IMG/VR virus record: IMGVR_UViG_3300021170_000008
Span: 32,001-96,000 of that record
Direction: 5' to 3' (one strand)
DNA: 64,000 bases
Origin: a virus
Made by a program: the position numbers and the translations under genes
Notes under the pieces: generated by a model
Told to the model about the DNA's origin: nothing
Database searches by the model: none
What the model saw: only the letters and a program-made list of their open reading frames with translations
Shown here: positions 47,524 to 56,915 of the stretch, in pieces
Numbering within the stretch: position 1 is the first letter of the stretch
Layout of the letters: every line of letters begins with the position of its first letter

Positions 47524-48459
47524 CTAACTTGCGCGTCGTTCCGCCTGCTTCCTCATGTATTCCCGAGCGGCGAATGCCGCGACACTGCCGTCACCCAATG
47601 GAACATCCGGAATCTTTGGCGCTTCACCATCCGCCGGTGCGCTCGGGACCAATTGCTTCTGGAGTACACCTAACTCTGGTCCACCCATATCCACCGGCCC
47701 GCCAGAATTCTGCCCCATCGCCTGCGCCTTTAATCTTTCTGTCTTTTCTTCTGCGGCTTTCAGCTTAGCGTCGGTCTCTTCCTGTAATTTCTTCATTTCA
47801 GCGTCGTGCTTCTCTTGCATGGCTTTTTGACGCCGCTCAACCACCCAGTCCTTCTCATAGAAGTCACGGAGGTCGAAATTATTCTTTTCTGCTGCTGCCT
47901 TCACGAGCGGCTTAGGATCAAGCACTTCCCCGAACTCGGCTTGGTGCTTCTGCATGATATACGGAACATCTAACGCTGCTGTCGCCACCGGTTGGGTATA
48001 CGATTTAACGTAATCCGTCAGGGATGTTTCTTTTTCTTTAAGTGTCTTTTCCAGCCCAGCGTTCGTCACCAGACCCTTATCCTTCATGAAGCCTTCAGAC
48101 CACTGCCCAAGCTGTTCGAATGTCATTTGATCCCCCTGTCCCAAAGCTGCCTGCCGAGCCGTCTCCAGATCCGTCTCCAGCGCCTGGATCTTCTCGGCCT
48201 TTTCAAATTCGGACTTCGTCATCTTCTGTTCGTCCAACCAGTAATCGTCGCGCCACTTCTTCCATTGCTGAGCGAGATTCACGTCTCCGCGAACTTCGTC
48301 CATCTTGCGCGAAAATTCCGACTGTGCCAGTACGGAATCCCGAATCTTTGGGATCTTTTGCCCTAGTTCCTCCATTGCCTTTCGTACCGGACCCTTAAAT
48401 TCAAATTCTTCATCCGGTAGCGTCTCTAGCAATAGTTCGAAACTACTCTTACCTGCCAT
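47524..48459 (-). CDS. scaffolding protein
   Basis: Charged coiled coil; QSEFSRKMDE; between portal and capsid. Confidence 0.65.
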   Translation of the reverse strand: MAGKSSFELLLETLPDEEFEFKGPVRKAMEELGQKIPKIRDSVLAQSEFSRKMDEVRGDVNLAQQWKKWRDDYWLDEQKMTKSEFEKAEKIQALETDLETARQAALGQGDQMTFEQLGQWSEGFMKDKGLVTNAGLEKTLKEKETSLTDYVKSYTQPVATAALDVPYIMQKHQAEFGEVLDPKPLVKAAAEKNNFDLRDFYEKDWVVERRQKAMQEKHDAEMKKLQEETDAKLKAAEEKTERLKAQAMGQNSGGPVDMGGPELGVLQKQLVPSAPADGEAPKIPDVPLGDGSVAAFAAREYMRKQAERRAS

Positions 48460-48484
48460 AAATCACCTCCAGCTAAGTCTTAGA

Positions 48485-48865
48485 TTACGCCGCTATGGCG
48501 TTTGTGGGTTGACCTTCCGTACCCTGCCGGGTCGGTTCCAGTCCTGCCCTTTGACTTGAGCCTTGCGATTGTTGCTTCTGTTTTGCAGCTTGGATTTCCT
48601 GCATGAACTGCGCCCCAACCTGAGCGATCTTTTTAACGTACTCGATCAGAACGGGGTTTTCCATCGCCAACACCTTGGCTACATCCGTCAACTTCTGAGA
48701 AATATCGTTCATCAGCGACTCAGCCAGATCCATGCCGGTCTTCTGCTGGGGCTGCATCGAGCCCGCCTGAGAAGCCTTATCCGCATATGCAGCCAGAGGT
48801 GAATCAGACTGCTGAGCCGTCACGTCCGGCGCTTGCGGTGGAATGCTGGTGTCGCCTGCGGCCAC
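48485..48865 (-). CDS. hypothetical head-region protein
   Basis: Operon ORF. Confidence 0.55.
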   Translation of the reverse strand: MAAGDTSIPPQAPDVTAQQSDSPLAAYADKASQAGSMQPQQKTGMDLAESLMNDISQKLTDVAKVLAMENPVLIEYVKKIAQVGAQFMQEIQAAKQKQQSQGSSQRAGLEPTRQGTEGQPTNAIAA

Positions 48866-49147
48866 CTACTTACCGTCCCCCTGCTGTTTCTTTGCCCGCT
48901 CGCTCATCGGCGTCGGGTAGGAATCCCAGCCCTTGACCGGAGTACGCCCCATCGGAGCCTCACTCGCTACGGTCTGCCGGGTGCCTTCACTCACTTCGCT
49001 GCGGAAGTCTTCTACCGGTGTCCGTGACAGGTCACATTTTGAACCGACCATCTGCATCTCCGGTTTGCCTGCGCGGTCGTCGAATTCGCCGCGAAGAGGA
49101 CTCTTTTTGTCGAGCGGCATTTCCGATCCGTTAAATTCTTTCATCAT
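48866..49147 (-). CDS. hypothetical head-region protein
   Basis: SD AGGAG. Confidence 0.55.
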   Translation of the reverse strand: MMKEFNGSEMPLDKKSPLRGEFDDRAGKPEMQMVGSKCDLSRTPVEDFRSEVSEGTRQTVASEAPMGRTPVKGWDSYPTPMSERAKKQQGDGK

Positions 49148-49225
49148 GATCTTTACTCCTGATTTACTGCTTTAAGCCAAGGGGCCATCTGGAATCCCTT
49201 CAGGCCCCTCGTGGAACGGGCCTAA

Positions 49226-49282
49226 CTACTTCCGTTTCCCCTTGCGGCCCTTCTTCCGACGATTTGCCATTTCACCTACCAT
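49226..49282 (-). CDS. 18-aa basic micro-peptide MVGEMANRRKKGRKGKRK
   Basis: SD AAAGGAGG; paralog of 49378-49428. Confidence 0.55.
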   Translation of the reverse strand: MVGEMANRRKKGRKGKRK

Positions 49283-49377
49283 GGTTGGGATTCCTCCTTT
49301 CTGGCTCCCGACCCGTTCTTTATACTCGTGGACCGGAGCCGCCGAGTTACTGCTTCGAAATCCCAATACGCTAACGC

Positions 49378-49428
49378 CTAGCGCTTGTGCTTGCGGCCAC
49401 GCTTGCGGTTTGCCTGTTCTCCAGCCAT
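49378..49428 (-). CDS. 16-aa basic micro-peptide MAGEQANRKRGRKHKR
   Basis: SD AAAGGAG; TCCGATAAT motif upstream. Confidence 0.55.
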   Translation of the reverse strand: MAGEQANRKRGRKHKR

Positions 49429-49514
49429 TGTTGGTATCTCCTTTCTTTTGAAACTATCGTTACGATTATCGGACGACTGTTGAAAGCAAAGGAGAATTAT
49501 GTATTGATTAATAC

Positions 49515-51371
49515 TTATAGCTTGCCGGACTTCTCTTGCTTGCCGCGTGGAGATTTTCCGGACGGAGAAAGACCTGATTCTTTCTCCTGCATAAGTTGCT
49601 TTATAAGCTCGTCGGCGTTAGGAAGTTCAAGGACCCGATACAGTTCCTTGAGTGGGAGAGCCCCACGGGCATATAGCTGCATTGCGAACATCTTCTCGCG
49701 GTCGCGAGATCCACCATGGATAGATCCAGATTTGATCCGCATTCCGAAGTTCTTCCAGTGATCCCATTTAGGAAGCTGGTAATTTGGAACAAGCGATCCT
49801 GGGTCGTAATCGAAATCAGCAAGGGTCACACCATCAGCGCCGTACTGCTTCATGCGTTGCTGGGTCGTGTAGAACTGGAAGACATTCGATAATGCCTGCG
49901 TCCCTACATCACGTATAAATACCTCTACGTAACGCTCTTCCAGGCGCAGTGAAGTGTTAAGTGAGTCGCGCATCTGATCCAGGGTTTCCCCGCTCGGGAC
50001 CTGTTTCTTTTTCGAAAGCGCGTTAACATCTACAGCGTTTGACATCCGGTCAAATTCTGGGATCAGGTACTGCAAAAGCAACTGAAACACATAGGCCGGA
50101 ATGTCTGGCGGGTCCATGTAGCGTAGATCCGTAGCTACATTCGCCATCGGACCCATGTATAACTTAGCCCCAGGCATGTCCGAGAAAAACTCTTTCCAGG
50201 ACGCCGATGGGATCGCTCCAGTCTTTGTAATGGCCTGCGGGTTAAGCGCCCGCTTGACCATATCGAGGACACCAGCTACGATCTCGTTGATGGCGTTGTT
50301 GATTGGCAGTAAATCCCGATACTGACTTAGTCCCCAGAACGACCATGGGATCGGGTTTAATCTGAGCGCCGCAAACGGATACAGCCCGTGCCAAAAAGGA
50401 GACGGGCCGTCGTATAGCCGCCTACGTCCGCCGAAAATTATCAGGCGTTTTCTAGGATAGAGACGTTCCCCAGGCTGGACCCAGTACCACCAATTGTAAG
50501 CATCAAGTGGCCAATATGGGTGCCGCATCAGAACCGGCCTGCGGGATTCGTTGATGCTCGGATCGTCTACATAAATCTCTTGAAGCTCAACTGACCTAAA
50601 AATAGAAGATACGGCCTCCGGTGGTGGGTTTGCCCCACCGAGGGCTCTTTGCATCGCCGGTGATAATCCATTCCAGACATACTCGTCTACGTTGTCGGGG
50701 CGGTTGTACTTAGCGTTCTGTCCACGGACATCAAATACAGATGCTTCTTTGTCAATCCCCTCAGAGTCGAACGGGAAGCGTGTCCTGTAATACGATATGG
50801 CCTTCCAGGTCTTATATAGAACACCAGTCGATTCCTGGATACCAAACCCAGGCTGTACTGGCATAACAGAGTCAGGACCACAGGAAATAACACGCATTGA
50901 TCCAGGGTAAGCAGCCCCAATCTTCCAGAATCCTGTACCCATGAGCTTGGTGATGTCGGCGACACGGACCAGATCGAGGTCCATGTCTTTGTCCATCCAC
51001 TCGTGTTCGAAGATTCTCTTTACGATCTCAGATTGCTGCTGAAGATCCGGTCTGCGGCTGAATACGTCGATTACCGGCCTGGAGTCTGTCAACATCGACA
51101 GATTGTCGATCCTGGCTTTGTTGAGACGGTTGCTACTAAAAGCCGATTTGTAGCGTGGACGGCGGCGATCCCAGTAATCTCCACTTATACTTTTTATGTA
51201 GGTGGGGATTTTCTTGAGTTCTTCGTTCAGGCGAGCCGTGTCTTGGGCTTCCTGCTTGAACTGCTCACGCCAGTATTGTAACTTTTTTTCGTACCCATCC
51301 GGAGATGAAGAACGGGCCTCAGGCGAAGAGTCGAACCACATTGGACCATTAGGGAGCGTTTCCGACGGCAT
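49515..51371 (-). CDS. portal protein
   Basis: 618 aa; GTGF.K, PF.HG.YPF, SFWG.S and N.IN motifs; downstream of terminase. Confidence 0.85.
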   Translation of the reverse strand: MPSETLPNGPMWFDSSPEARSSSPDGYEKKLQYWREQFKQEAQDTARLNEELKKIPTYIKSISGDYWDRRRPRYKSAFSSNRLNKARIDNLSMLTDSRPVIDVFSRRPDLQQQSEIVKRIFEHEWMDKDMDLDLVRVADITKLMGTGFWKIGAAYPGSMRVISCGPDSVMPVQPGFGIQESTGVLYKTWKAISYYRTRFPFDSEGIDKEASVFDVRGQNAKYNRPDNVDEYVWNGLSPAMQRALGGANPPPEAVSSIFRSVELQEIYVDDPSINESRRPVLMRHPYWPLDAYNWWYWVQPGERLYPRKRLIIFGGRRRLYDGPSPFWHGLYPFAALRLNPIPWSFWGLSQYRDLLPINNAINEIVAGVLDMVKRALNPQAITKTGAIPSASWKEFFSDMPGAKLYMGPMANVATDLRYMDPPDIPAYVFQLLLQYLIPEFDRMSNAVDVNALSKKKQVPSGETLDQMRDSLNTSLRLEERYVEVFIRDVGTQALSNVFQFYTTQQRMKQYGADGVTLADFDYDPGSLVPNYQLPKWDHWKNFGMRIKSGSIHGGSRDREKMFAMQLYARGALPLKELYRVLELPNADELIKQLMQEKESGLSPSGKSPRGKQEKSGKL

Positions 51372-51394
51372 CTGATTCTATTACGTTTATCGGA

Positions 51395-51571
51395 TTACTT
51401 CAGGATGTTGCTGTGCCGACTAAGGATATGTTCGCAGACTTCATTTGGTCCGCCACGGTACAATTCGAATGATCGCTGACAGTCTGGGCAAAATATGACT
51501 ATGTAGTCAGGAGACTCGCTACCGCGCATGGCCTCGCTGTATGACGCTTCTAATTCCTTAAGGTCGCTCAT
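51395..51571 (-). CDS. small zinc-binding protein
   Basis: CPDC and CEH motifs. Confidence 0.5.
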   Translation of the reverse strand: MSDLKELEASYSEAMRGSESPDYIVIFCPDCQRSFELYRGGPNEVCEHILSRHSNILK

Positions 51572-52035
51572 TATTCGTCCGTCTCTAGCCACGGCAAGCC
51601 GTCTTTAGGCTTGACCGGACCCCAGGCTTCTGCGCCGACGCCTACGGTGTCTAAGCGCCTTCCGTCTGCCGAGATGATAGAGTTGGGATTCATCTCGTCT
51701 GGCATGATCAGTCCCTCTTCGCGACAGTAACTTTTTTGCTCGCTGTGGGTACGGATTAAACACTTCTCGGGGCCACCATCCGCGAGCCTGCTAGACTTAT
51801 TCCTCCAGACGAAGTGGCCGTCACCGAATTTTTGGTGCCGTTCCATGCCCGGAACTTCAAACTTGTCGAGAGTCCCGGTCCAGAGAGCATTGAAAGTAGA
51901 GATCTGTCGTATCATCTGCTGGCCGCACTTGGGGCAGTTTGGATCTGGCTTTGATATCGTCCTGGCGAACCACTCGTAGCGGATGCCTGAGATCTCGCAG
52001 GCTGGCGTTTCGCAAACTAGCTCCCTTATCGGCAT
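51571..52035 (-). CDS. FmdB-like zinc-ribbon protein
   Basis: MPI.E..C...C and CPKCG..M.R.IS. Confidence 0.7.
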   Translation of the reverse strand: MPIRELVCETPACEISGIRYEWFARTISKPDPNCPKCGQQMIRQISTFNALWTGTLDKFEVPGMERHQKFGDGHFVWRNKSSRLADGGPEKCLIRTHSEQKSYCREEGLIMPDEMNPNSIISADGRRLDTVGVGAEAWGPVKPKDGLPWLETDE

Positions 52036-52478
52036 TAGTAGAACTGCGCCCTCGGACCCTTTATTCTGCCTTCTAGTTCAACGAACTCGATCAGGCGCAA
52101 CAGAGCCCAATCCTTAGCGGCTTCTCGCTTGTCGTTGGAGGAATCGATGTTTATTTCGTACCCGCTCTGGGTGAGGCCGATATTAAAGCAGTCTCCACGG
52201 TTATACCAATCCCCGCACCCAGTAGTACACCAGTAGGCATTATTGCGATGACTGAAGTCGTGCTCTCCGCCAATGGGATCGATTCGAGCCGCTAGCCATT
52301 GCCCAACTTCAAATAGTCCGTCGCTTCTGGTTTTGAACCCAGTCCATCGGAACTTCCAGCCAGAATGCTCGAAAACATCCCTTGTCTCCACCCTGGACGG
52401 AGATGCGCTAGCAGTAGACACTACGGCAGTCGCCGCGCCTGCGCCGCCAAGCAACCCGAAGAATTGCTTCCTGGTCAT
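52035..52478 (-). CDS. protein with Tat-like signal
   Basis: MTRKQFFGLLGGAGAATAV. Confidence 0.55.
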   Translation of the reverse strand: MTRKQFFGLLGGAGAATAVVSTASASPSRVETRDVFEHSGWKFRWTGFKTRSDGLFEVGQWLAARIDPIGGEHDFSHRNNAYWCTTGCGDWYNRGDCFNIGLTQSGYEINIDSSNDKREAAKDWALLRLIEFVELEGRIKGPRAQFY

Positions 52479-53035
52479 GCAGCCACTCCTGCCGTATCTT
52501 GCTGCTTAATCAGGGATAGTATATCTGCCCCGCTGAACTTCTTTTTGCCGAGCAGCTTTTCGAGCTTCCGTCCGTCTTTCTCGGTTAGATATACGACCGG
52601 CTCGTAGGTCTGGTTGTTTACGTAGAACGCCAAACTGTCCCGAATCATGCGCATCGCCATGTCTGTCATGACTTCTTCTGGCGTCATCCCGATGACCTGG
52701 GCGTGCTCGGCAATCGCTGGCCAGAGCGCTGGTTCTACGTTGACCTTGATCGTGTACTGACCTTCTTCGCGACCTGCGGATTTCTGGATGACTTCGAGAA
52801 GATCCGTGTCGTTGGCTACGGGTGACCCGACGGCTTCCTCGATCTTTTTAAGATTCTCCGGCTTGACCATGATTCCACCGTTGGCAAACTGATCCAGGAA
52901 CTGAGCGCACATAATGCTAAGTGCTAATGCCAAATTCCCGCCATCGGTTTTCTTAACAGCGGCGATCTTCTCGTATGCGTCTTTTGAAATCGTTAGCTCG
53001 ACCGGTAGGGTCAACTTATTATCTTTGCCTGCCAT
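52475..53035 (-). CDS. hypothetical protein
   Basis: SD GAGG; 186-aa ORF. Confidence 0.6.
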   Translation of the reverse strand: MAGKDNKLTLPVELTISKDAYEKIAAVKKTDGGNLALALSIMCAQFLDQFANGGIMVKPENLKKIEEAVGSPVANDTDLLEVIQKSAGREEGQYTIKVNVEPALWPAIAEHAQVIGMTPEEVMTDMAMRMIRDSLAFYVNNQTYEPVVYLTEKDGRKLEKLLGKKKFSGADILSLIKQQDTAGVAA

Positions 53036-53114
53036 GGGTTCCTCTAGTTAAGGAATTGTAGAGCAAAATTTCAATTAAATCAAGAGCTTGAAAGTATTTA
53101 TAGATACTTCACGC

Positions 53115-53143
53115 TTGACGCAAAGTATTCCAGGTGATAGAAT
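53115..53143 (+). promoter_or_regulatory. sigma70-type promoter of the DNA methyltransferase
   Basis: TTGACG-17-(TGn)TAGAAT. Confidence 0.7.
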
Positions 53144-53149
53144 GTACAT

Positions 53150-53923
53150 CTGCCCAACACATTTACAATCCACTGCGGCGATTGCCTGGACGTGATGCGA
53201 ACGCTGCCATCAAAAAGTATTGATATTGTTTTTACGAGTCCTCCATACAACCTGCAAACCCACATAACAAAAGGTAAGAACTACTGGTTAACTGTTGGCA
53301 AGATGAAAAAATCTAGGCTAGGCAAGGGGTATGCCGCCAGCAAAGATGACATGCCGTATGACGAGTATGTGCGCTGGCAGAAATCTGTACTGCTTGAATG
53401 CTGGAGATTATTAACCGATACCGGGGCTATATTCTACAATCACAAGCCGCGTATCCAGGATGGGCTTCTGTACACTCCGTTAGACCTTAATCCTGGATTG
53501 CCTGTACGGCAGATCCTGATCTGGAAACGCGCCGGTGGCATAAACTGCTCACCTACGTTCTTCATGTCAACACATGAGTGGATTGTGATATTCGCCAAGC
53601 CAGCGTTCCAGATACGCGACCGCTCGGCGTCTGGGATCGGGGATGTCTGGGAGATCCACCAGGGCAATCAGTCAAACCAGCCAAAGCACCCGGCTCCATT
53701 CCCTATGGAATTGCCGCTGCGGGCACTGACGGCGTTACGCAAGGAAGAGCGGGTAATCTTGGACCCGTTCATGGGCTCCGGAACTACCGGCGCAGCCTGC
53801 ATGAAGACCAAGCGCGACTTCATCGGTATAGACATCTCAAAAGAATACTGCGATATGGCCAGAAATAGAATATCCTTGGCGCAGCGTGGAGATTTCTATT
53901 CCTGGATGGAGTACGGAAACTAA
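53150..53923 (+). CDS. orphan N4/N6 DNA methyltransferase, beta class
   Basis: GDCL, TSPPYN, HPAPFP, LDPFMGSGTT; start probably CTG 53150. Confidence 0.9.
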   Translation: MPNTFTIHCGDCLDVMRTLPSKSIDIVFTSPPYNLQTHITKGKNYWLTVGKMKKSRLGKGYAASKDDMPYDEYVRWQKSVLLECWRLLTDTGAIFYNHKPRIQDGLLYTPLDLNPGLPVRQILIWKRAGGINCSPTFFMSTHEWIVIFAKPAFQIRDRSASGIGDVWEIHQGNQSNQPKHPAPFPMELPLRALTALRKEERVILDPFMGSGTTGAACMKTKRDFIGIDISKEYCDMARNRISLAQRGDFYSWMEYGN

Positions 53924-56232
53924 AGCTCCCAATACTCTGGCGTCTTGCCCATAGAGCGACCTGATTCCGATCCAAATACTTCGTCGTAGATCTTCTCTGG
54001 GTCCATCCCTGGATCAGTTATCATACGGTTGCGCTCCATGGAAATCTTGATCGACTTACATTTTTCGCATCTCACAAACCCGTGGTCGTGATCCTGCGGC
54101 GGGGTATTTGAGAACCAAGTATTGTTACACGACTTGCAGGTATATTTAAGCTCTGCGCTTTCGTCGTTATTGTCCTTGAATATAGGGATGTATCCACGAG
54201 AGTCGTCGTAGTGGCCTTCGTAGGCGCACCACAGGGCCATCATAGTTGCGAAAAGCTCGTCGTCGTGCGTATCCGAGTCGGCTCCGGCTACGCGGTCGTC
54301 GTAGTCGTCCTTGACGAAGTTTTTCATTTCTTCGGCGGTGATCGAAGACCGCACGAAGAACATCTTGTATTCCAGAAATCTACGGAAGTTCTGATGGAGC
54401 CGTGGGCGTGATTGTTGGTTCGTGAACCAGCCGATTTTATTGGACATCACATTAATAGAATCCATGTGTTTCCAACGATAAAGATTCGGGTATTGACAGA
54501 TAGTCCGTAACCATGTAGCGGCGGTGTCGTAGCGGTTTACTTCGACCGATACCTCACACTCGTTATAGAGCCTTCCGAGCACGTTGATCTGTTCTGCAAA
54601 ATCCTGTGGGCTGGTTCGGTTAGATCTCCAGACGGCTACCTGATGTGTCGGACCAATTTGACTAGATACGCTCATCTTGATAACAGAAGCCACGCTGTAG
54701 TCGCAATTTCCGCCCAGGCCCTCCGATACGTCGGCACCGATATAGTACCGGTCTTCCTGGGTTGGATATTCCCATATCCGCAGAGGACAGAAATCGTACA
54801 GGTGATTCTCTTTGCAGTCTTCTATAATGCAACGCGCCGAAGCTGGGTCGATCTGGCCGCTCTCCGTGACTCTCGTGTACTTTGGGTCTACAGCATGGAT
54901 TCTACCGGCTCGATCCAGAAATCCAGTCAGTAGGGGGTGCCGGACGTTGACGTTGGCGAAGTCCTGGGCGGTCTTACCGAAAACCTGATACCCCGATACC
55001 TGGAACGCGTCTTCGGCAGTCCCTGCTTGTTCTTGAGCAAGTAGTTTTTGGGATTTTTCATCGCCCCTGGTATTAGCTATAAGATACTGCATCCAGGCAA
55101 GTTGGTCGTCTACTAGTTTTAACGGATACGTCGATCCAACTTTGCAAATCCTGCACTTCTCTTCTGATTGGTCCAGGTTTTTGATCCAGCGATTGAAGAA
55201 CCTAAAGCAGTTATCGCAACGCACCCAATCATGCTCTGCGCGGGAACGCATATCAAACAATTCTTTGTCGAATATCTGCCCCGGTGTCGGCTTTCTAAAG
55301 TGCCTGCGGTCCACAAACCACGGCAGGAATAGCGGGCTCCAGTCCGATTCATCCCCTAGCGCCTCGCAGCGCTTCCAGAACTCGTGAGAGAAAGTATTGG
55401 CACCCTTAGCGGTGGATTCAAGGAAGGCGAAGACTTCCGTTCCGCCTTCAAGAGCATACTTCAAATCTTCTTCGATGATCTGGCGGGCTCTCCAGGGGTC
55501 GTAAGAGGACCACTCGCTAAGATGGGCCGCAGAGATACGATATCCCTGCCCGACGCCACTGATAGCGTTAGCGCTCTTCACCATCACCCGGCTCATATTG
55601 CCTGGGTCTACGCGCCGCATGGTGTCGTCAGGATTGTCAAATATCAGACCGGCTTCGAACGTACGGCTGGAGTAGCGCGGTTTGATCCACCATGGCAACT
55701 TGTCATAGATGTTCGCCATGATGCCGAACAGGTCCTTGGTGTGATCCCGGTCGTAGGAAACGACCACGGCGTTGACGCCAGTATGGAAGATGCTCTTCCA
55801 GGCTATCAGGGCTTCGATTAAAGTCGAGCAGCCCAATCTGCGTGACTTGATTATGACTATCTTCTGGGGCTTACCTTGAGCCTTCAAGTCTAACATTCTT
55901 TGATAGATAAGCTCTTGAGAGTCCCACAATCCAAAGAGTGCTTCCTGACCCCGGTCGTCGATGATCCAGAAGTAGTTTCTGGCGGCGTAGACGAAGTCCT
56001 TGCGGCACTTATTGATCTCGCCTTCGACGGCCCTAAGTTCGTCTTTGGTGAGAGCGTCCCAGTTGTCGCGCTCTTTCTGGTCCATGTGCTTGATCAAGTC
56101 AAGCACAGCAGAATCCTGCACCCAACGGGATTTAGGTGGTTCAGCCTGGAATTGTCTATATTGTGGAATCTCTGGAGGTGGAATCTCAACAACAGACTGA
56201 TTTGGTACTATAACCATCGAAGTATTGGCCAA
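53920..56232 (-). CDS. terL: terminase large subunit
   Basis: KSRRLGCST, HLSE, ESTAKG ATPase motifs; YIGADVSEG..DYS, EVN, HDD nuclease motifs. Confidence 0.9.
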   Translation of the reverse strand: MANTSMVIVPNQSVVEIPPPEIPQYRQFQAEPPKSRWVQDSAVLDLIKHMDQKERDNWDALTKDELRAVEGEINKCRKDFVYAARNYFWIIDDRGQEALFGLWDSQELIYQRMLDLKAQGKPQKIVIIKSRRLGCSTLIEALIAWKSIFHTGVNAVVVSYDRDHTKDLFGIMANIYDKLPWWIKPRYSSRTFEAGLIFDNPDDTMRRVDPGNMSRVMVKSANAISGVGQGYRISAAHLSEWSSYDPWRARQIIEEDLKYALEGGTEVFAFLESTAKGANTFSHEFWKRCEALGDESDWSPLFLPWFVDRRHFRKPTPGQIFDKELFDMRSRAEHDWVRCDNCFRFFNRWIKNLDQSEEKCRICKVGSTYPLKLVDDQLAWMQYLIANTRGDEKSQKLLAQEQAGTAEDAFQVSGYQVFGKTAQDFANVNVRHPLLTGFLDRAGRIHAVDPKYTRVTESGQIDPASARCIIEDCKENHLYDFCPLRIWEYPTQEDRYYIGADVSEGLGGNCDYSVASVIKMSVSSQIGPTHQVAVWRSNRTSPQDFAEQINVLGRLYNECEVSVEVNRYDTAATWLRTICQYPNLYRWKHMDSINVMSNKIGWFTNQQSRPRLHQNFRRFLEYKMFFVRSSITAEEMKNFVKDDYDDRVAGADSDTHDDELFATMMALWCAYEGHYDDSRGYIPIFKDNNDESAELKYTCKSCNNTWFSNTPPQDHDHGFVRCEKCKSIKISMERNRMITDPGMDPEKIYDEVFGSESGRSMGKTPEYWEL

Positions 56233-56235
56233 TAC

Positions 56236-56628
56236 TTACTGCGGAGTAACGTCAACCATGGCGTTACGTGGGGAATCCGTACTTTCAAGCCTCCGCAAAA
56301 TTCCTTCGAAGCTCTGCGTTGATTGAGATGGGCCTTCTTCGGAAGGAGCTACCGCTACGTTCTGATTTCGGTTGTAAATCTGAGTAACTACACTGACTCC
56401 GTTTTGCGGCTTCAGTACGTTAGCCACCTGCAAGCCCATCTCCAGGGCCTTCATGTTTCCATCACGGATCTTCTCAATCAGCATTGGATACGCCGCGTTT
56501 ACGAGATCTGCGATATTCTCGCAATACTTTTTCTGCTGGAATTTTTCGATGTTGGAGAGGGTTACTTTGGACTTATTGCGGCGTGGCTTAACCGCTGCGT
56601 CCTGTTTAGAAATAGCTACTTCGGCCAT
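56236..56628 (-). CDS. putative terminase small subunit
   Basis: Small helical ORF directly upstream of terL; DVTP end. Confidence 0.5.
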   Translation of the reverse strand: MAEVAISKQDAAVKPRRNKSKVTLSNIEKFQQKKYCENIADLVNAAYPMLIEKIRDGNMKALEMGLQVANVLKPQNGVSVVTQIYNRNQNVAVAPSEEGPSQSTQSFEGILRRLESTDSPRNAMVDVTPQ

Positions 56629-56656
56629 TTCTATTATTGTCGGACGGTGGGAGTAG

Positions 56657-56729
56657 TGCCGGTGGAGGGACTTGCACCCACACTTGGACGGCTTTTAAGG
56701 CCGTTTTCTCTGCGTTGGAATACACCGGC
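56657..56729 (-). tRNA. tRNA-Leu(TAA), short variable loop
   Basis: ACGGC-CTTAAAA-GCCGT arm. Confidence 0.8.
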
Positions 56730-56735
56730 GAGATG

Positions 56736-56827
56736 TGGTGGGCGACGAGGGAGTTGAACCCCCAGCGGGTCCGAAGGACCTCCAGTTCTACAGACTGGCG
56801 CGGGCTACCGATACCCGCAAGACGCCC
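56736..56827 (-). tRNA. tRNA-Tyr(GTA)
   Basis: CCAGT-CTGTAGA-ACTGG; long V arm; CCA. Confidence 0.8.
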
Positions 56828-56828
56828 A

Positions 56829-56915
56829 TGGCGGAAGCGGCGTGACTCGAACACGCATGACCTATTCGGTCCCGATATTAGCAGTATCGTGGGATACCAT
56901 TTACCCGACGCTTCC
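56829..56915 (-). tRNA. tRNA-Ser(GCT)
   Basis: CGATA-CTGCTAA-TATCG; V arm; CCA. Confidence 0.85.
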
